Assembly (NCBI GenBank): GCA_025060575.1 | Contig: JANXBL010000001.1 | Span: 1 to 60,345, forward strand | Length of the DNA: 60,345 nucleotides | Direction: 5' to 3' | Source: Patescibacteria group bacterium | Lineage (GTDB): Bacteria; Patescibacteriota; Minisyncoccia; UBA6257; HR35 | In this document: one piece after another, positions 12,508 to 21,138 of the stretch | Position numbering within the stretch: position 1 is the first letter of the stretch | Layout: every line of letters starts with the position of its first letter | Notes under the pieces: generated by a model | What the model was told of the DNA's origin: nothing | The model's input: only the letters and a program-made list of their open reading frames with translations | The model's database searches: none | Program-made: the position numbers and the translations under genes

Positions 12508-14301
12508 TTACTCCCTTTTTTGTTCTGATCTCTTAACCAGCTTTTGTAAATAATAAATTCTCATTAGATCATCAGACGAAAGTTTACTAACTGAAAACAT
12601 GGGCAAACTTATGCCACCAAAATCATCTCTTGATTCTTTTAAATATTCTAAAGAATCAACATTTTGAGTCTGATTAATAAAAACATTTAGCAATTCATAT
12701 CGAGGATCATTTGGATTATTTCTATTAACTTCTTCTTGAAAAACATAAAGATAAAAAAGTTTTTCCATCAATAGACTTCTAAAAAAATACATCCTTATCA
12801 AATTATTACACTCTTTATTTAACTCTTCTAATTCTGATCTTAGATCTAATTTTTCTCCGCTTTCTCTTTTGCTAAAAAAATTGTCTATCAATTCTATTTT
12901 TATTTTTCTGTCTTCTTCGTCCTTACTAAATTTTTCAACATATTGATTAACAAGATCTCTAAAGATAGTTTGACTTAAAAATACATTTCCTGAATTTATT
13001 CCGTCAATAAATGCTTTAAACCTTAGATAAAAATCGAAAACCCTAATTTTCTCTCTTAATTCACGAGAAAGAGGAGAAAAAAGGCCGCTCATTTCTTGCC
13101 TTCCTTCTGTTATCTTTCCTCTTGTCATTGGTCCTTCTACTGATGCGGTGTATATGATATCTGCTAAATTGCCAAATAGAAATTTCAAAACCAAGTAATC
13201 TGGATAATCACTGCCTAAACTAAATCTTTCCACGAAAACACCTGGTGGGATTTCTGGTAATATCTTTAAACCCAAGATACTTCTCAATTGATTATACTTT
13301 CCCATCTTGATCGATCCTGATTCATCCTTTTCTGCCCATTCTGCCCCAATATGATCTAATCCTCCTAAAATAACCAATAGAAAAATTAGTTTTCCATAGT
13401 TTTCTGGCTGTTCATAATTATCCTTCGATATGCCAAGAATCTCAAAAATTTGACCTAACTCATCTCTGATTATTAATTCTGATAATAATTCTTTGACCTT
13501 TTTATCTCTTTCCAGAGGATTGATAGCCTGATTATCGATTTTAAATTGTTCATTTCTGTTTTCGAAAAAATCAAAAAATTCAGCTAAGAGGTAAAAAATT
13601 TCTCTCAAGAGGTCAATTAATAAATCATTTCCATCTTCTTTCGATATATGAAAAATTTGGTCCTTAGTCTGCAAAACAGGGTTATTATTTGAATCTTTAA
13701 GATTTCGGAGATTATTAAGAATACGCTTTAATTTTTCATCAGAAGAAATATTCTCTCTACTAAAATAATCATATACTAATTCACTAAATTTGCCTTGAAA
13801 ATTATCGTCTTTCCCAAAAAATTCTAAAAAGGCTGTTCTTAGTTTTTGATAAAATTGAAAATTAGTTTTTGTTTCAGAAGTATCGATATTAAAAATTAGT
13901 CCGTTTTTACCTCTAGCAAAATTAAGAGTTATATTACCAAATTCAAATTTGTATGGTTTTTCAGTGTCCACACGACCATAACCGATTGGAACAGCAAAAT
14001 AATCTGAATAATCAAGAAGATCAATTCTTCGAGACGCGAGATAGTAGTAAACTAGCTCCCAAGGCAAAAGATGATAAGTAGTAACTATTGCCATATTACC
14101 ATTGTTCTTTTTCAGACCTAATCGTTCTCTAATAAGATTTCTAACTTCTCTTAATTTTTCTAAAGGCACACTAAATCTCTCTGCTAATAAATTCAAATCC
14201 TCTCCGCTTATCTTTCTCCTGGCATCTAAGAATTCACGAAAGTTTTTGAATTGTAAACCTTTTTCAAGCGGATTTTCGAAATTTCTAAGAATCTCTACCA
14301 T
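12508..14301 (-). CDS. hypothetical protein, 597 aa, no recognisable domain
   Basis: Long uninterrupted ORF. Its start overlaps the stop of the upstream M19-like gene by 7 nt, which suggests translational coupling. No motif I can name. Confidence 0.6.
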   Translation of the reverse strand: MVEILRNFENPLEKGLQFKNFREFLDARRKISGEDLNLLAERFSVPLEKLREVRNLIRERLGLKKNNGNMAIVTTYHLLPWELVYYYLASRRIDLLDYSDYFAVPIGYGRVDTEKPYKFEFGNITLNFARGKNGLIFNIDTSETKTNFQFYQKLRTAFLEFFGKDDNFQGKFSELVYDYFSRENISSDEKLKRILNNLRNLKDSNNNPVLQTKDQIFHISKEDGNDLLIDLLREIFYLLAEFFDFFENRNEQFKIDNQAINPLERDKKVKELLSELIIRDELGQIFEILGISKDNYEQPENYGKLIFLLVILGGLDHIGAEWAEKDESGSIKMGKYNQLRSILGLKILPEIPPGVFVERFSLGSDYPDYLVLKFLFGNLADIIYTASVEGPMTRGKITEGRQEMSGLFSPLSRELREKIRVFDFYLRFKAFIDGINSGNVFLSQTIFRDLVNQYVEKFSKDEEDRKIKIELIDNFFSKRESGEKLDLRSELEELNKECNNLIRMYFFRSLLMEKLFYLYVFQEEVNRNNPNDPRYELLNVFINQTQNVDSLEYLKESRDDFGGISLPMFSVSKLSSDDLMRIYYLQKLVKRSEQKRE

Positions 14302-15260
14302 TTTTTAATTTTATCAAGGAAATAATTAAGAGTGTTTAGAAAAATTCTTTGTTTATTAACTTTAAATTTTTCCAAATTTTTAACAAAATTTTCATAATTT
14401 TCCGCACCCAAAGGTGAGTGACGAAAATCAAAGCCAAAGTAGTCCGTACCAATAGCCAGGAGCTTAGGATTAATTTGTCTTAACTTATGATAATTAGCCA
14501 ACCAATTTGTAAAAGTTGGTTCATCCCCCAATGAAGGAGGCAAAAGAGTTAAGCCAACAAGTGTTCTTTTATTAGCTATTTTTCTTAAAATTTTTTCGCT
14601 TAAATTTTGCCGAAAAGAGATGATCGAACTCAGATTGTTATGGGAAAAAATGAAATTATTCTCAGCTATTTTAAGAACATCAAAAAATGATTGTTCATTA
14701 AGATGAGCGCAGTCAATAATTCCTCCATTATTAACTATGAAACCAACAATTTTCTTGCCCAGATCTGTTAATCTATTTTCTGTTGTTAAACCACCAGCAA
14801 TTTTATTGGCAAAATTCCATGTTAATCCAAAAACTCTAAAACCTAATTTCCAAAGAACCTCTATATCTTCATAGGAATCTACAAAATTTAAACCTTCTAC
14901 GCCTAGAAAAATTCCTATTTGTCCATCAGAAATTTTACGAAGATCATTATAGTTTTTAATCAATCTAAAAGTTGGATATTTTCTGAGTCTGTTTAAAAAA
15001 TTCTTAAAATTACATAAGAATTCATTGATATCAGTTAAAGGCGTTATTTTCTCATAAGTACTTTCCCATCTTAAAGATTGAACTTGAACAACCATATACT
15101 TCAGATTGACTTTTCTTGCTTGAACAATATCGAAGTGACGTTGAAGCGATGCTTTATTAAGAGTCAGGTAGGGCATATTTAGCAATCCTCTCAAATTTTT
15201 ATTAAAGTACACCTCTAAATCAAGATGCAAATCAAATAAGTATCTTTTTACCAGATTCAT
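14295..15260 (-). CDS. membrane (renal) dipeptidase M19-like amidohydrolase
   Basis: M19 metal-ligand pattern in order: DLHLD (HxD), GVEGL (Glu), DCAHLNEQSF (His), FSHNN (His), GTDYFGF (Asp). Confidence 0.6.
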   Translation of the reverse strand: MNLVKRYLFDLHLDLEVYFNKNLRGLLNMPYLTLNKASLQRHFDIVQARKVNLKYMVVQVQSLRWESTYEKITPLTDINEFLCNFKNFLNRLRKYPTFRLIKNYNDLRKISDGQIGIFLGVEGLNFVDSYEDIEVLWKLGFRVFGLTWNFANKIAGGLTTENRLTDLGKKIVGFIVNNGGIIDCAHLNEQSFFDVLKIAENNFIFSHNNLSSIISFRQNLSEKILRKIANKRTLVGLTLLPPSLGDEPTFTNWLANYHKLRQINPKLLAIGTDYFGFDFRHSPLGAENYENFVKNLEKFKVNKQRIFLNTLNYFLDKIKKW

Positions 15261-15885
15261 TATTTTTATTATTTGTCAAAGCGTCTATTTCCGACTTAAT
15301 AAGATGATTACCTTTTTCTACTTTAGCTATTAAATAATTAAGGGCATGTTTTGAATGAGGTTTAATAAATATTTTCTTTATTCTCACCACAAAACCATTC
15401 TTTATTAAAAAATTAGCTTTATCCGGATTGTTAGAGTGAAGAATAATTTCCTCTATACCAAAATATCTTAATATTTTGACCGAAGGACTATAATCCCTAA
15501 CATCATGAGGAAAACCTAGATATTCATTAGCTTGATAAGTATCTAATCCCAATTTTCTCTGAACCTCATAAGCTTTTAATTTATTAAAAAGTCCTATACC
15601 TCTTCCTTCGTGATTTAAGAAATAGATCAATAAATAGTTTTGATCCCGATTCTTAGACATCAAACTCATAAAATATTCTAACTGTAAAGCACAATCACAT
15701 TTCAAGGAGCCAAAAATTTCACTCGTGAAACAACAGGAATGTAATCTCACGTTTGCAGTTTTTTTGATATTTTTTTTGTTAATAATGGCAACAATCTCTT
15801 GATCGTCAATCTTAAAAGCATAGAACCATAACTCGCCGTATTGCGTTGGAACTTTAGTACTGATTGGTTTCTCAATTTTTTCCAT
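15232..15885 (-). CDS. ribA: GTP cyclohydrolase II
   Basis: Zn-Cys triad RLHSCCFTSEIFGSLKCDC; NHEGRGIGLFNKLKAYEVQ...GLDTYQANEYLGFPHDVRDY; HSNNPDK. Stand-alone 217 aa with no DHBP synthase fusion. Confidence 0.85.
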   Translation of the reverse strand: MEKIEKPISTKVPTQYGELWFYAFKIDDQEIVAIINKKNIKKTANVRLHSCCFTSEIFGSLKCDCALQLEYFMSLMSKNRDQNYLLIYFLNHEGRGIGLFNKLKAYEVQRKLGLDTYQANEYLGFPHDVRDYSPSVKILRYFGIEEIILHSNNPDKANFLIKNGFVVRIKKIFIKPHSKHALNYLIAKVEKGNHLIKSEIDALTNNKNNESGKKILI

Positions 15886-15904
15886 TTTTTAGGTATCTAA
15901 AATT

Positions 15905-15989
15905 AAAAAACCGGGCTTGTATTTCCCGGCTAACTTTTAATTTAATTTAAATCCAAAATTAGCCGGGGTAGCCTCGGTTCAAAACGAAC
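15905..15989 (-). promoter_or_regulatory. leader RNA with mutually exclusive terminator, antiterminator and anti-antiterminator hairpins
   Basis: Minus-strand RNA. GCCGGG (15930-15925) pairs either with CCCGG (15915-15911), followed by U6 (15910-15905), or with CCCGGCUAA (15967-15959). The latter overlaps the hairpin CCGAGG-CUA-CCCCGG (15977-15963). Confidence 0.45.
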
Positions 15990-16033
15990 AAAATGTGAAA
16001 AATGGTTAGCATTTTTATTCTAATTTTTAATCA

Positions 16034-16063
16034 ATTTTACCATGAGAAAATTTAATTTGTCAA
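16034..16063 (-). promoter_or_regulatory. near-consensus sigma70 promoter of the ribA-like operon
   Basis: Minus strand: TTGACA (16063-16058), 18-nt spacer, TGgTAAAAT (-10 at 16039-16034). Same layout as the rpoB promoter. Confidence 0.6.
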
Positions 16064-16093
16064 GAAAAAAGTCGCCACTTGTGTAGGCGACTT
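16063..16093 (-). terminator. intrinsic terminator of the frameshifted gene
   Basis: 8-bp stem AAGTCGCC/GGCGACTT (16093-16086 with 16076-16069), 9-nt loop, then a T6 run on the minus strand (16070-16065). It starts 12 nt after the restored-frame stop codon. Confidence 0.65.
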
Positions 16094-16105
16094 TATCAAA
16101 ACTCG

Positions 16106-16539
16106 TCATAAGTACTCAACAACTAATTCTTGGTCCAAAGGGACCAGATCACCTATGTTAAAGACTATGAATTGCTGGTTATTTACTAGATCTAACCAAC
16201 CTGGCGCCTTCAAAAAAAGGTGAGGGGACAATAGATTGCTAAGACGCTGGAGATACCCGAAAGAAAATGACAATCCCTTCGGGTATACAATAATCCCTTC
16301 GGGTATACAATGGCATGAAACCTGTCTCTATCTAGGCTGATATCTTTATCAGCTTTTATCAAGCTAGAGAGCTCATCTTCTTGCCAATCAAAAGAAACCT
16401 GAGAGGAACTAAGGTGAGTAAAGTGAGATGGTACTTCATGCGCGACCTGATCTTTGCGAGGCATCTTCCAAATTTGCCGGCCTTCTACGTAACCCTTTAA
16501 GATGATATCGCCGAAAAAGCCGACAGATAGTATAAACAC
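16106..16539 (-). pseudogene. unknown protein gene disrupted by a 20-bp tandem duplication (137 aa if one copy is removed)
   Basis: SD AAGGAGGAGG lies 6 nt before in-frame GTG 16539. The track ORF stops at 16210. Deleting one 20-nt repeat copy keeps the frame open to TGA 16108-16106, just before the terminator. Confidence 0.55.
16272..16311. repeat. perfect 2 x 20-nt tandem direct repeat AATCCCTTCGGGTATACAAT
   Basis: 16272-16291 and 16292-16311 are identical; the flanking bases differ (16271 c vs 16291 t; 16312 g vs 16292 a). Confidence 0.95.
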
Positions 16540-16652
16540 ACTATTCCTCCTCCTTTCCCTTTTATAGGTTTTTATTTTAAATAAAACCATATTATTCGTA
16601 AAATCAAAAATTGTGATAAAATTACAACTAATAATTAAATTAAATTAATCTT

Positions 16653-16725
16653 GCCCCTGTAGCTTAATTGGAAGAGCAGTTCCCTTCTAAGGAAAAGGTT
16701 GGAGGTTCGAGTCCTCCCAGGGGCA
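16653..16725 (+). tRNA. tRNA-Arg (anticodon TCT)
   Basis: Cloverleaf folded by hand: acceptor GCCCCTG/CAGGGGC, anticodon loop CTTCTAA, T-arm GGAGG-TTCGAGT-CCTCC. No encoded CCA. Confidence 0.9.
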
Positions 16726-16728
16726 AAG

Positions 16729-16800
16729 GGGCAGGTAGTTCAGTGGTAGAACGCCGTTCTGATAAAACGGAGGTCGAAGGTTCGATCCCTTCCCTGCCCA
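16729..16800 (+). tRNA. tRNA-Ile (anticodon GAT)
   Basis: Acceptor GGGCAGG/CCTGCCC, anticodon stem-loop CCGTT-CTGATAA-AACGG, T-arm GAAGG-TTCGATC-CCTTC. Confidence 0.9.
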
Positions 16801-16806
16801 ATAGTT

Positions 16807-16878
16807 GCCGTGGTAGCTCAGTGGTAGAGCGGAGGCCTGAAGAGCCTCGCGTCGGGGGTTCGATTCCCTCCCACGGCA
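16807..16878 (+). tRNA. tRNA-Phe (anticodon GAA)
   Basis: Acceptor GCCGTGG/CCACGGC, anticodon stem-loop GAGGC-CTGAAGA-GCCTC, T-loop TTCGATT. Confidence 0.9.
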
Positions 16879-16887
16879 TAAAAAAAA

Positions 16888-19368
16888 TTACTTATTGCTT
16901 TTAATTTTTTTTAGATTTTCTTGATGTTCAGGTGTGTTTAGAAGGCCACACTTTTTATATTTTTTACCTGAACCACAAGGACAAGGATCATTTCTGCCAA
17001 CCTTTAAAGATGGCAAATTTAGCTGGACATTCATAAAGCTTTGAAAAACATAAATTCTTAACATCTTATGAAAATCAACAAAAGCCTGATAAGCTTCCGA
17101 TTTAAAAGCAACGAGAGGATCTCTCTGGCCATAGCCTCTAAAACTTACCGATTGTTTTAGATCCTCAAGATAATGAAGGTGTTCAATCCAAAGATAATCA
17201 TAAGTTCTTAGAATTATTGTCCTTAACAAATTTTCCAAATTTTCTGCTATTAAGTTTTCCAGCTCGTTAAATTTTTTTAAAAAAATCTCCTCAGCTTGAC
17301 TTGGTATAACCCCAAAAACAAATTTAATGGTTTCTTCGTTTTCCTCACTAATTAAAATTTTTATCTCCTCCTTGAAATAATCACTCGCCTTTAAAGTCCC
17401 CAGTAAAAATTGTCTTCTCTCAGAATATATTTTTTCTCTCTGAGCATTGATTACATCATCATATTGAAGAAGGTGTTTTCTAATATCAAAATTAAAACCT
17501 TCAATCTTCTCTTGAGCATCTTCAATAATTTTAGTTACTAAATTATTTTCAATCGCTTGGTCAGGTGGGAAATTAAATTTCTCAACTAGATTCTTTACTC
17601 TATCTCCGCCAAATGTTTTAATCAGATCATCTTCGAGAGAAATAAAAAACTGAGTTTCACCAGGATCCCCTTGACGACCGCATCTTCCTCTTAGCTGATT
17701 ATCTATTCTCCTTGCTTCGTGCCTTTCAGTACCAATAACAAATAGACCACCTAGCTCTCTTACCTTTTTAGCGTTTTCTTCATCAGGAGGATTTCCACCC
17801 AAAATAATATCAACACCCCTTCCCGCCATATTAGTAGCCACTGTTACTTGACCAAAATTGCCAGCCTGGGCAATAATTCTTCCCTCTTCTTCGTGATTTT
17901 TAGCATTTAAAACATTATGAGGAATACCCTCCTCTCTTAACATTTGAGACAACTTTTCATTTTTTTCAATTGAAGTAGTTCCTACTAAAACGGGCCTCCC
18001 TATTTTATATAACTCCTTCACCCTTTCTACAACTGCCTTCCATTTTGCTTCTTCCTTTAGAAAAATCTTATCTGGATGGTCTTTGCGAATACATTTTTTG
18101 TTTGGTGGTATGACAACAACCTCGAGATTATAAACTTTCAAAAACTCTTCGGCTGAAGTTAAAGCTGTTCCCGTCATTCCTGCTAATTTTTTATACTTTC
18201 TGAAAAAATTCTGAATTGTTATAGTTGCCACTGTTTTCATTTCCGATCTAATTGATACTCTTTCCTTGGCTTCAATTGCTTGATGTAAACCACCCGACCA
18301 ACGTCGACCAAACATAAGCCGCCCTGTAAACTCATCCACAATAATAACCTCGCCATTTTTTACTACATAGTCTTTGTCTCGAAAATAAAGATAATTAGCG
18401 TTTAAAGCTTGTTCCAGGTGATGAGTTGTTTTAATATCTAAAATCTCATAAGGGTTATAGCCTAAAATTTTTTCTAATTTTTCTAATCCATTTTCAGTTA
18501 AAAAAACCTTTCTTTTTTTAGGATCAATTGAAAAATCAATTTCTTTTTCTAATTTTTTGGCTAGCTGATCATAAAAGTAATAAACATTTTGATCTTCTAC
18601 ATCATGGGCACCGATAATAAGAGGTGTCCTTGCTTCGTCAATTAAAATACTGTCCACTTCATCAATAATAGCATAGTTAAATCCTCTTACTTGAACTAGG
18701 TTTTGCGGATCAAAAACTAAGTTATCCCTTAAATAATCAAAACCAAATTCATGGTTGGTACCATAAATGATATCAGCCAAATAAGCTTCTCGACGAGAAA
18801 TTGGCCTGAGATATTCATGATAGACTTGAAAGGTTCCAGTAACATCTCTTCGTTCATCAACCTTATCAAGAACAAAAGATGGATCGTAAATAAAGCTCTG
18901 GTCATGGATCAAACAAGCCACCGATAAACCCAACAGATGATAAATTTGTCCCATCCAGACAGTATCCCTTTGGGCTAAATAATCATTAACGGTCACAACA
19001 TGAACACCATCACCAGTTAAAGCATTGAGGTAAGCAGATAGAGTGGCGGTAATAGTCTTACCTTCTCCTGTCATCATTTCAATTACCATCCCTCGATGCA
19101 AACCTATTCCTCCCAAAAGTTGGACATCAAAATGTCTTTGCCCTAACGTTCTTTTAGCAGCCTCTCTTACGAGCGCAAAAGCCTCTGGCAAAACACTGTC
19201 TAAACTTTCTCCTTCATTAATTCTTTTCCTAAAATTTTGAGTTTTATCCGCCAGCTTATCATCAGGGATTTTTTCATATTCTAATTCAAGGGCATTTATC
19301 TTCTCAACAATTTTTTGCCAATCACTCAAATAATCCTTCTTAAATACATTGAATAAATTCCAAGCCAT
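16888..19368 (-). CDS. secA: preprotein translocase ATPase SecA
   Basis: MMTGEGKT Walker A, DEVDSILIDEARTPLII, C-terminal Zn finger CPCGSGKKYKKCG. Confidence 0.97.
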   Translation of the reverse strand: MAWNLFNVFKKDYLSDWQKIVEKINALELEYEKIPDDKLADKTQNFRKRINEGESLDSVLPEAFALVREAAKRTLGQRHFDVQLLGGIGLHRGMVIEMMTGEGKTITATLSAYLNALTGDGVHVVTVNDYLAQRDTVWMGQIYHLLGLSVACLIHDQSFIYDPSFVLDKVDERRDVTGTFQVYHEYLRPISRREAYLADIIYGTNHEFGFDYLRDNLVFDPQNLVQVRGFNYAIIDEVDSILIDEARTPLIIGAHDVEDQNVYYFYDQLAKKLEKEIDFSIDPKKRKVFLTENGLEKLEKILGYNPYEILDIKTTHHLEQALNANYLYFRDKDYVVKNGEVIIVDEFTGRLMFGRRWSGGLHQAIEAKERVSIRSEMKTVATITIQNFFRKYKKLAGMTGTALTSAEEFLKVYNLEVVVIPPNKKCIRKDHPDKIFLKEEAKWKAVVERVKELYKIGRPVLVGTTSIEKNEKLSQMLREEGIPHNVLNAKNHEEEGRIIAQAGNFGQVTVATNMAGRGVDIILGGNPPDEENAKKVRELGGLFVIGTERHEARRIDNQLRGRCGRQGDPGETQFFISLEDDLIKTFGGDRVKNLVEKFNFPPDQAIENNLVTKIIEDAQEKIEGFNFDIRKHLLQYDDVINAQREKIYSERRQFLLGTLKASDYFKEEIKILISEENEETIKFVFGVIPSQAEEIFLKKFNELENLIAENLENLLRTIILRTYDYLWIEHLHYLEDLKQSVSFRGYGQRDPLVAFKSEAYQAFVDFHKMLRIYVFQSFMNVQLNLPSLKVGRNDPCPCGSGKKYKKCGLLNTPEHQENLKKIKSNK

Positions 19369-19379
19369 AAGTAAATAAT

Positions 19380-19691
19380 TTAGTTTGCTTGAATTTTAGT
19401 AATTTTAATCACCCAGCTAATTTTTTTATGTCCGCTTTTTTTGCGATATCTTGTTTTGGGACGATATTTTATGATTAGAGTTTTATTTTTCTTTTCCTTA
19501 ACTAAATCAGCTTCGATGATAACATTTTTTACCAAAGGTCTTCCCAATAAAAATTTTTCCTCGTCAGCGTAAAGCAACACTTCATTAAAAGTTAATTTCC
19601 CATCGCTATCTTTTACTTTTTCAATTTCAATCTGGTCTCCTTCCTCCACCAGATATTGCTTACCTCCTGTTCTAAAGACAGCTATTTTCAT
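19380..19691 (-). CDS. rplU: 50S ribosomal protein L21
   Basis: MKIAVFRTGGKQYLVEEGD... and a basic C-terminus. Confidence 0.9.
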   Translation of the reverse strand: MKIAVFRTGGKQYLVEEGDQIEIEKVKDSDGKLTFNEVLLYADEEKFLLGRPLVKNVIIEADLVKEKKNKTLIIKYRPKTRYRKKSGHKKISWVIKITKIQAN

Positions 19692-19987
19692 TTCAAGTAA
19701 TTAAAGATCAAAATATAAGAAGCGACCAGTGTATGGAGAAAAATAAAAATTAAGTTAATTTTAACAAAGATATTCATATTTTGGAAAAATCTGGCCAACA
19801 CTTCATTGCCTAACTGGAAGATAGCAAAGATTAAAATTATTTGCCATAAATCCTCTATGGGTAGGATTAAAGAATTTTCTCCTAATGGTCTCTTAAAAAC
19901 AACAACAAAATCTAATCCTAATTGATAAATAATTAGCCAAATAAAAAAAGGTAATATAAAATATAGCCAATAATATCTAAGTTTCAT
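19688..19987 (-). CDS. small hypothetical membrane protein (3 predicted hydrophobic helices)
   Basis: Hydrophobic 99-aa ORF with 4-nt overlaps to both neighbours (murG, rplU). Confidence 0.5.
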   Translation of the reverse strand: MKLRYYWLYFILPFFIWLIIYQLGLDFVVVFKRPLGENSLILPIEDLWQIILIFAIFQLGNEVLARFFQNMNIFVKINLIFIFLHTLVASYILIFNYLK

Positions 19988-21138
19988 CCTTTGATCATTA
20001 TCTCTGTTAATTCTTTAGCAATTACTTGAGCTGCTTGAGGTTTAGCAAACGAAATAGCAGCCTGATGCATTTTTTCCAGTCGCGATTCTTGGGAAAGTAA
20101 ATCATTTATCAAAGTTATTAAAATATGTACTTGAGCATTTTCTTCCTCCAAAATTTCTGCTCCTCCATAGCGAGAATAAATCTGAGCATTTTTTATTTGA
20201 TGAAGACCAGCAGTTTTTCTGTCTAAAGGAATGAGAATGCTTGGTTTGCCAAGAGCAGCTAGCTCAAATATTGTTCCTGAACCTGCCCTCGAGATAACTA
20301 AATCAACTATTTTCATTAAGTACATCAAATCTTCATGATTAATATAGGGGTAGGAATGATAACGACTCATTTTGGTTGGATTAAGTTGACTAATTAAACC
20401 TTTCGCATAGAAATAGACTTCATTATAAAATTTATCGCCAGTAATGTGAACAACTTGAGCAAGATTCAAAAGGGTCGGCAATGCTTTCACTATTAAATCG
20501 TTTAAAAATTTAGATCCTTGAGAACCACCCATTACTAAAATAATTTTTTCCTCAGGATTAAGATTAAACCTTTCATAGTCGCTCAACAGTCCTGGTTCTT
20601 TTAAGATATTACTATCTATCGGCTGACCAACAACTAAAACTTTATCTTTCTTTCGTCCAAAATAATCAGCAGCCGACTCAAAGGCTAAAGTAATTCTTTT
20701 AGCAAAAAAAGAGGCGAGGCGGTTGCTTAATCCTGGTATAGCATCAGAGTCGTGAATTACCACTGGAATTCTGAGCAACCAAGCAGCAACAACTACCTCT
20801 AAGCTACCTGGTCCACCTTTAGAAAAAACCACATTGGGCATAAATTTTAGAATGTAGTAAAAGGCCAACAGAAAACTAAAGGGTAGCTTTAATAAATCAA
20901 AGACATTTTTAAAGTCAAAATACTTTCTAACTTTGACTGTCGGCAGAAGATAAATATCAATTTTTTCTTTCATAAATACCTCGGTCTTTAATGGTTTGCA
21001 TCCTAAGTAAAAAATCTTAAATGATCTTTGGCTATCCTTTAGAATATTTCTTAATTCTCGAGCAACAAAAATCAAGGGCAAAAAATGGCCGGCCGTTGAA
21101 CCACCTGTTAAACAAATTCTAATCTCTTCCTTAACCAT
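19984..21138 (-). CDS. murG: undecaprenyldiphospho-muramoylpentapeptide beta-N-acetylglucosaminyltransferase MurG
   Basis: GGSTAGHFLPL N-terminal motif and GGSQGS; lies next to ftsW. Confidence 0.85.
   Translation of the reverse strand: MVKEEIRICLTGGSTAGHFLPLIFVARELRNILKDSQRSFKIFYLGCKPLKTEVFMKEKIDIYLLPTVKVRKYFDFKNVFDLLKLPFSFLLAFYYILKFMPNVVFSKGGPGSLEVVVAAWLLRIPVVIHDSDAIPGLSNRLASFFAKRITLAFESAADYFGRKKDKVLVVGQPIDSNILKEPGLLSDYERFNLNPEEKIILVMGGSQGSKFLNDLIVKALPTLLNLAQVVHITGDKFYNEVYFYAKGLISQLNPTKMSRYHSYPYINHEDLMYLMKIVDLVISRAGSGTIFELAALGKPSILIPLDRKTAGLHQIKNAQIYSRYGGAEILEEENAQVHILITLINDLLSQESRLEKMHQAAISFAKPQAAQVIAKELTEIMIKG

Noticed and set aside
15905-16033. Identifying the ribA leader as an FMN (RFN) or preQ1 riboswitch.
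   Set aside because: The leader is much shorter and more AT-rich than RFN elements and lacks their conserved multi-stem core. Its resemblance to preQ1-I is superficial (a small hairpin containing GCUAC), and the A-rich tail consensus is absent. It is kept only as an unclassified attenuator candidate.
16100-16600. Possibility that the G+C-richer, hairpin-rich region is a structured RNA gene (RNase P RNA, tmRNA or SRP RNA).
   Set aside because: I found no tRNA-like end (GGTTCGA...CCA context), no GAGGAAAGTCCGGGC-type P4 motif and no SRP domain IV motif. A strong SD, an in-frame GTG, a frame restorable over exactly 138 codons and a terminator fit a protein gene better. Covariance-model searches are still worthwhile.
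16664-16904. Two ORFs (71 aa minus strand, 78 aa plus strand) across the G+C-rich stretch.
   Set aside because: The stretch is fully explained by three tandem tRNA genes (Arg-TCT, Ile-GAT, Phe-GAA), which fold into canonical cloverleaves.
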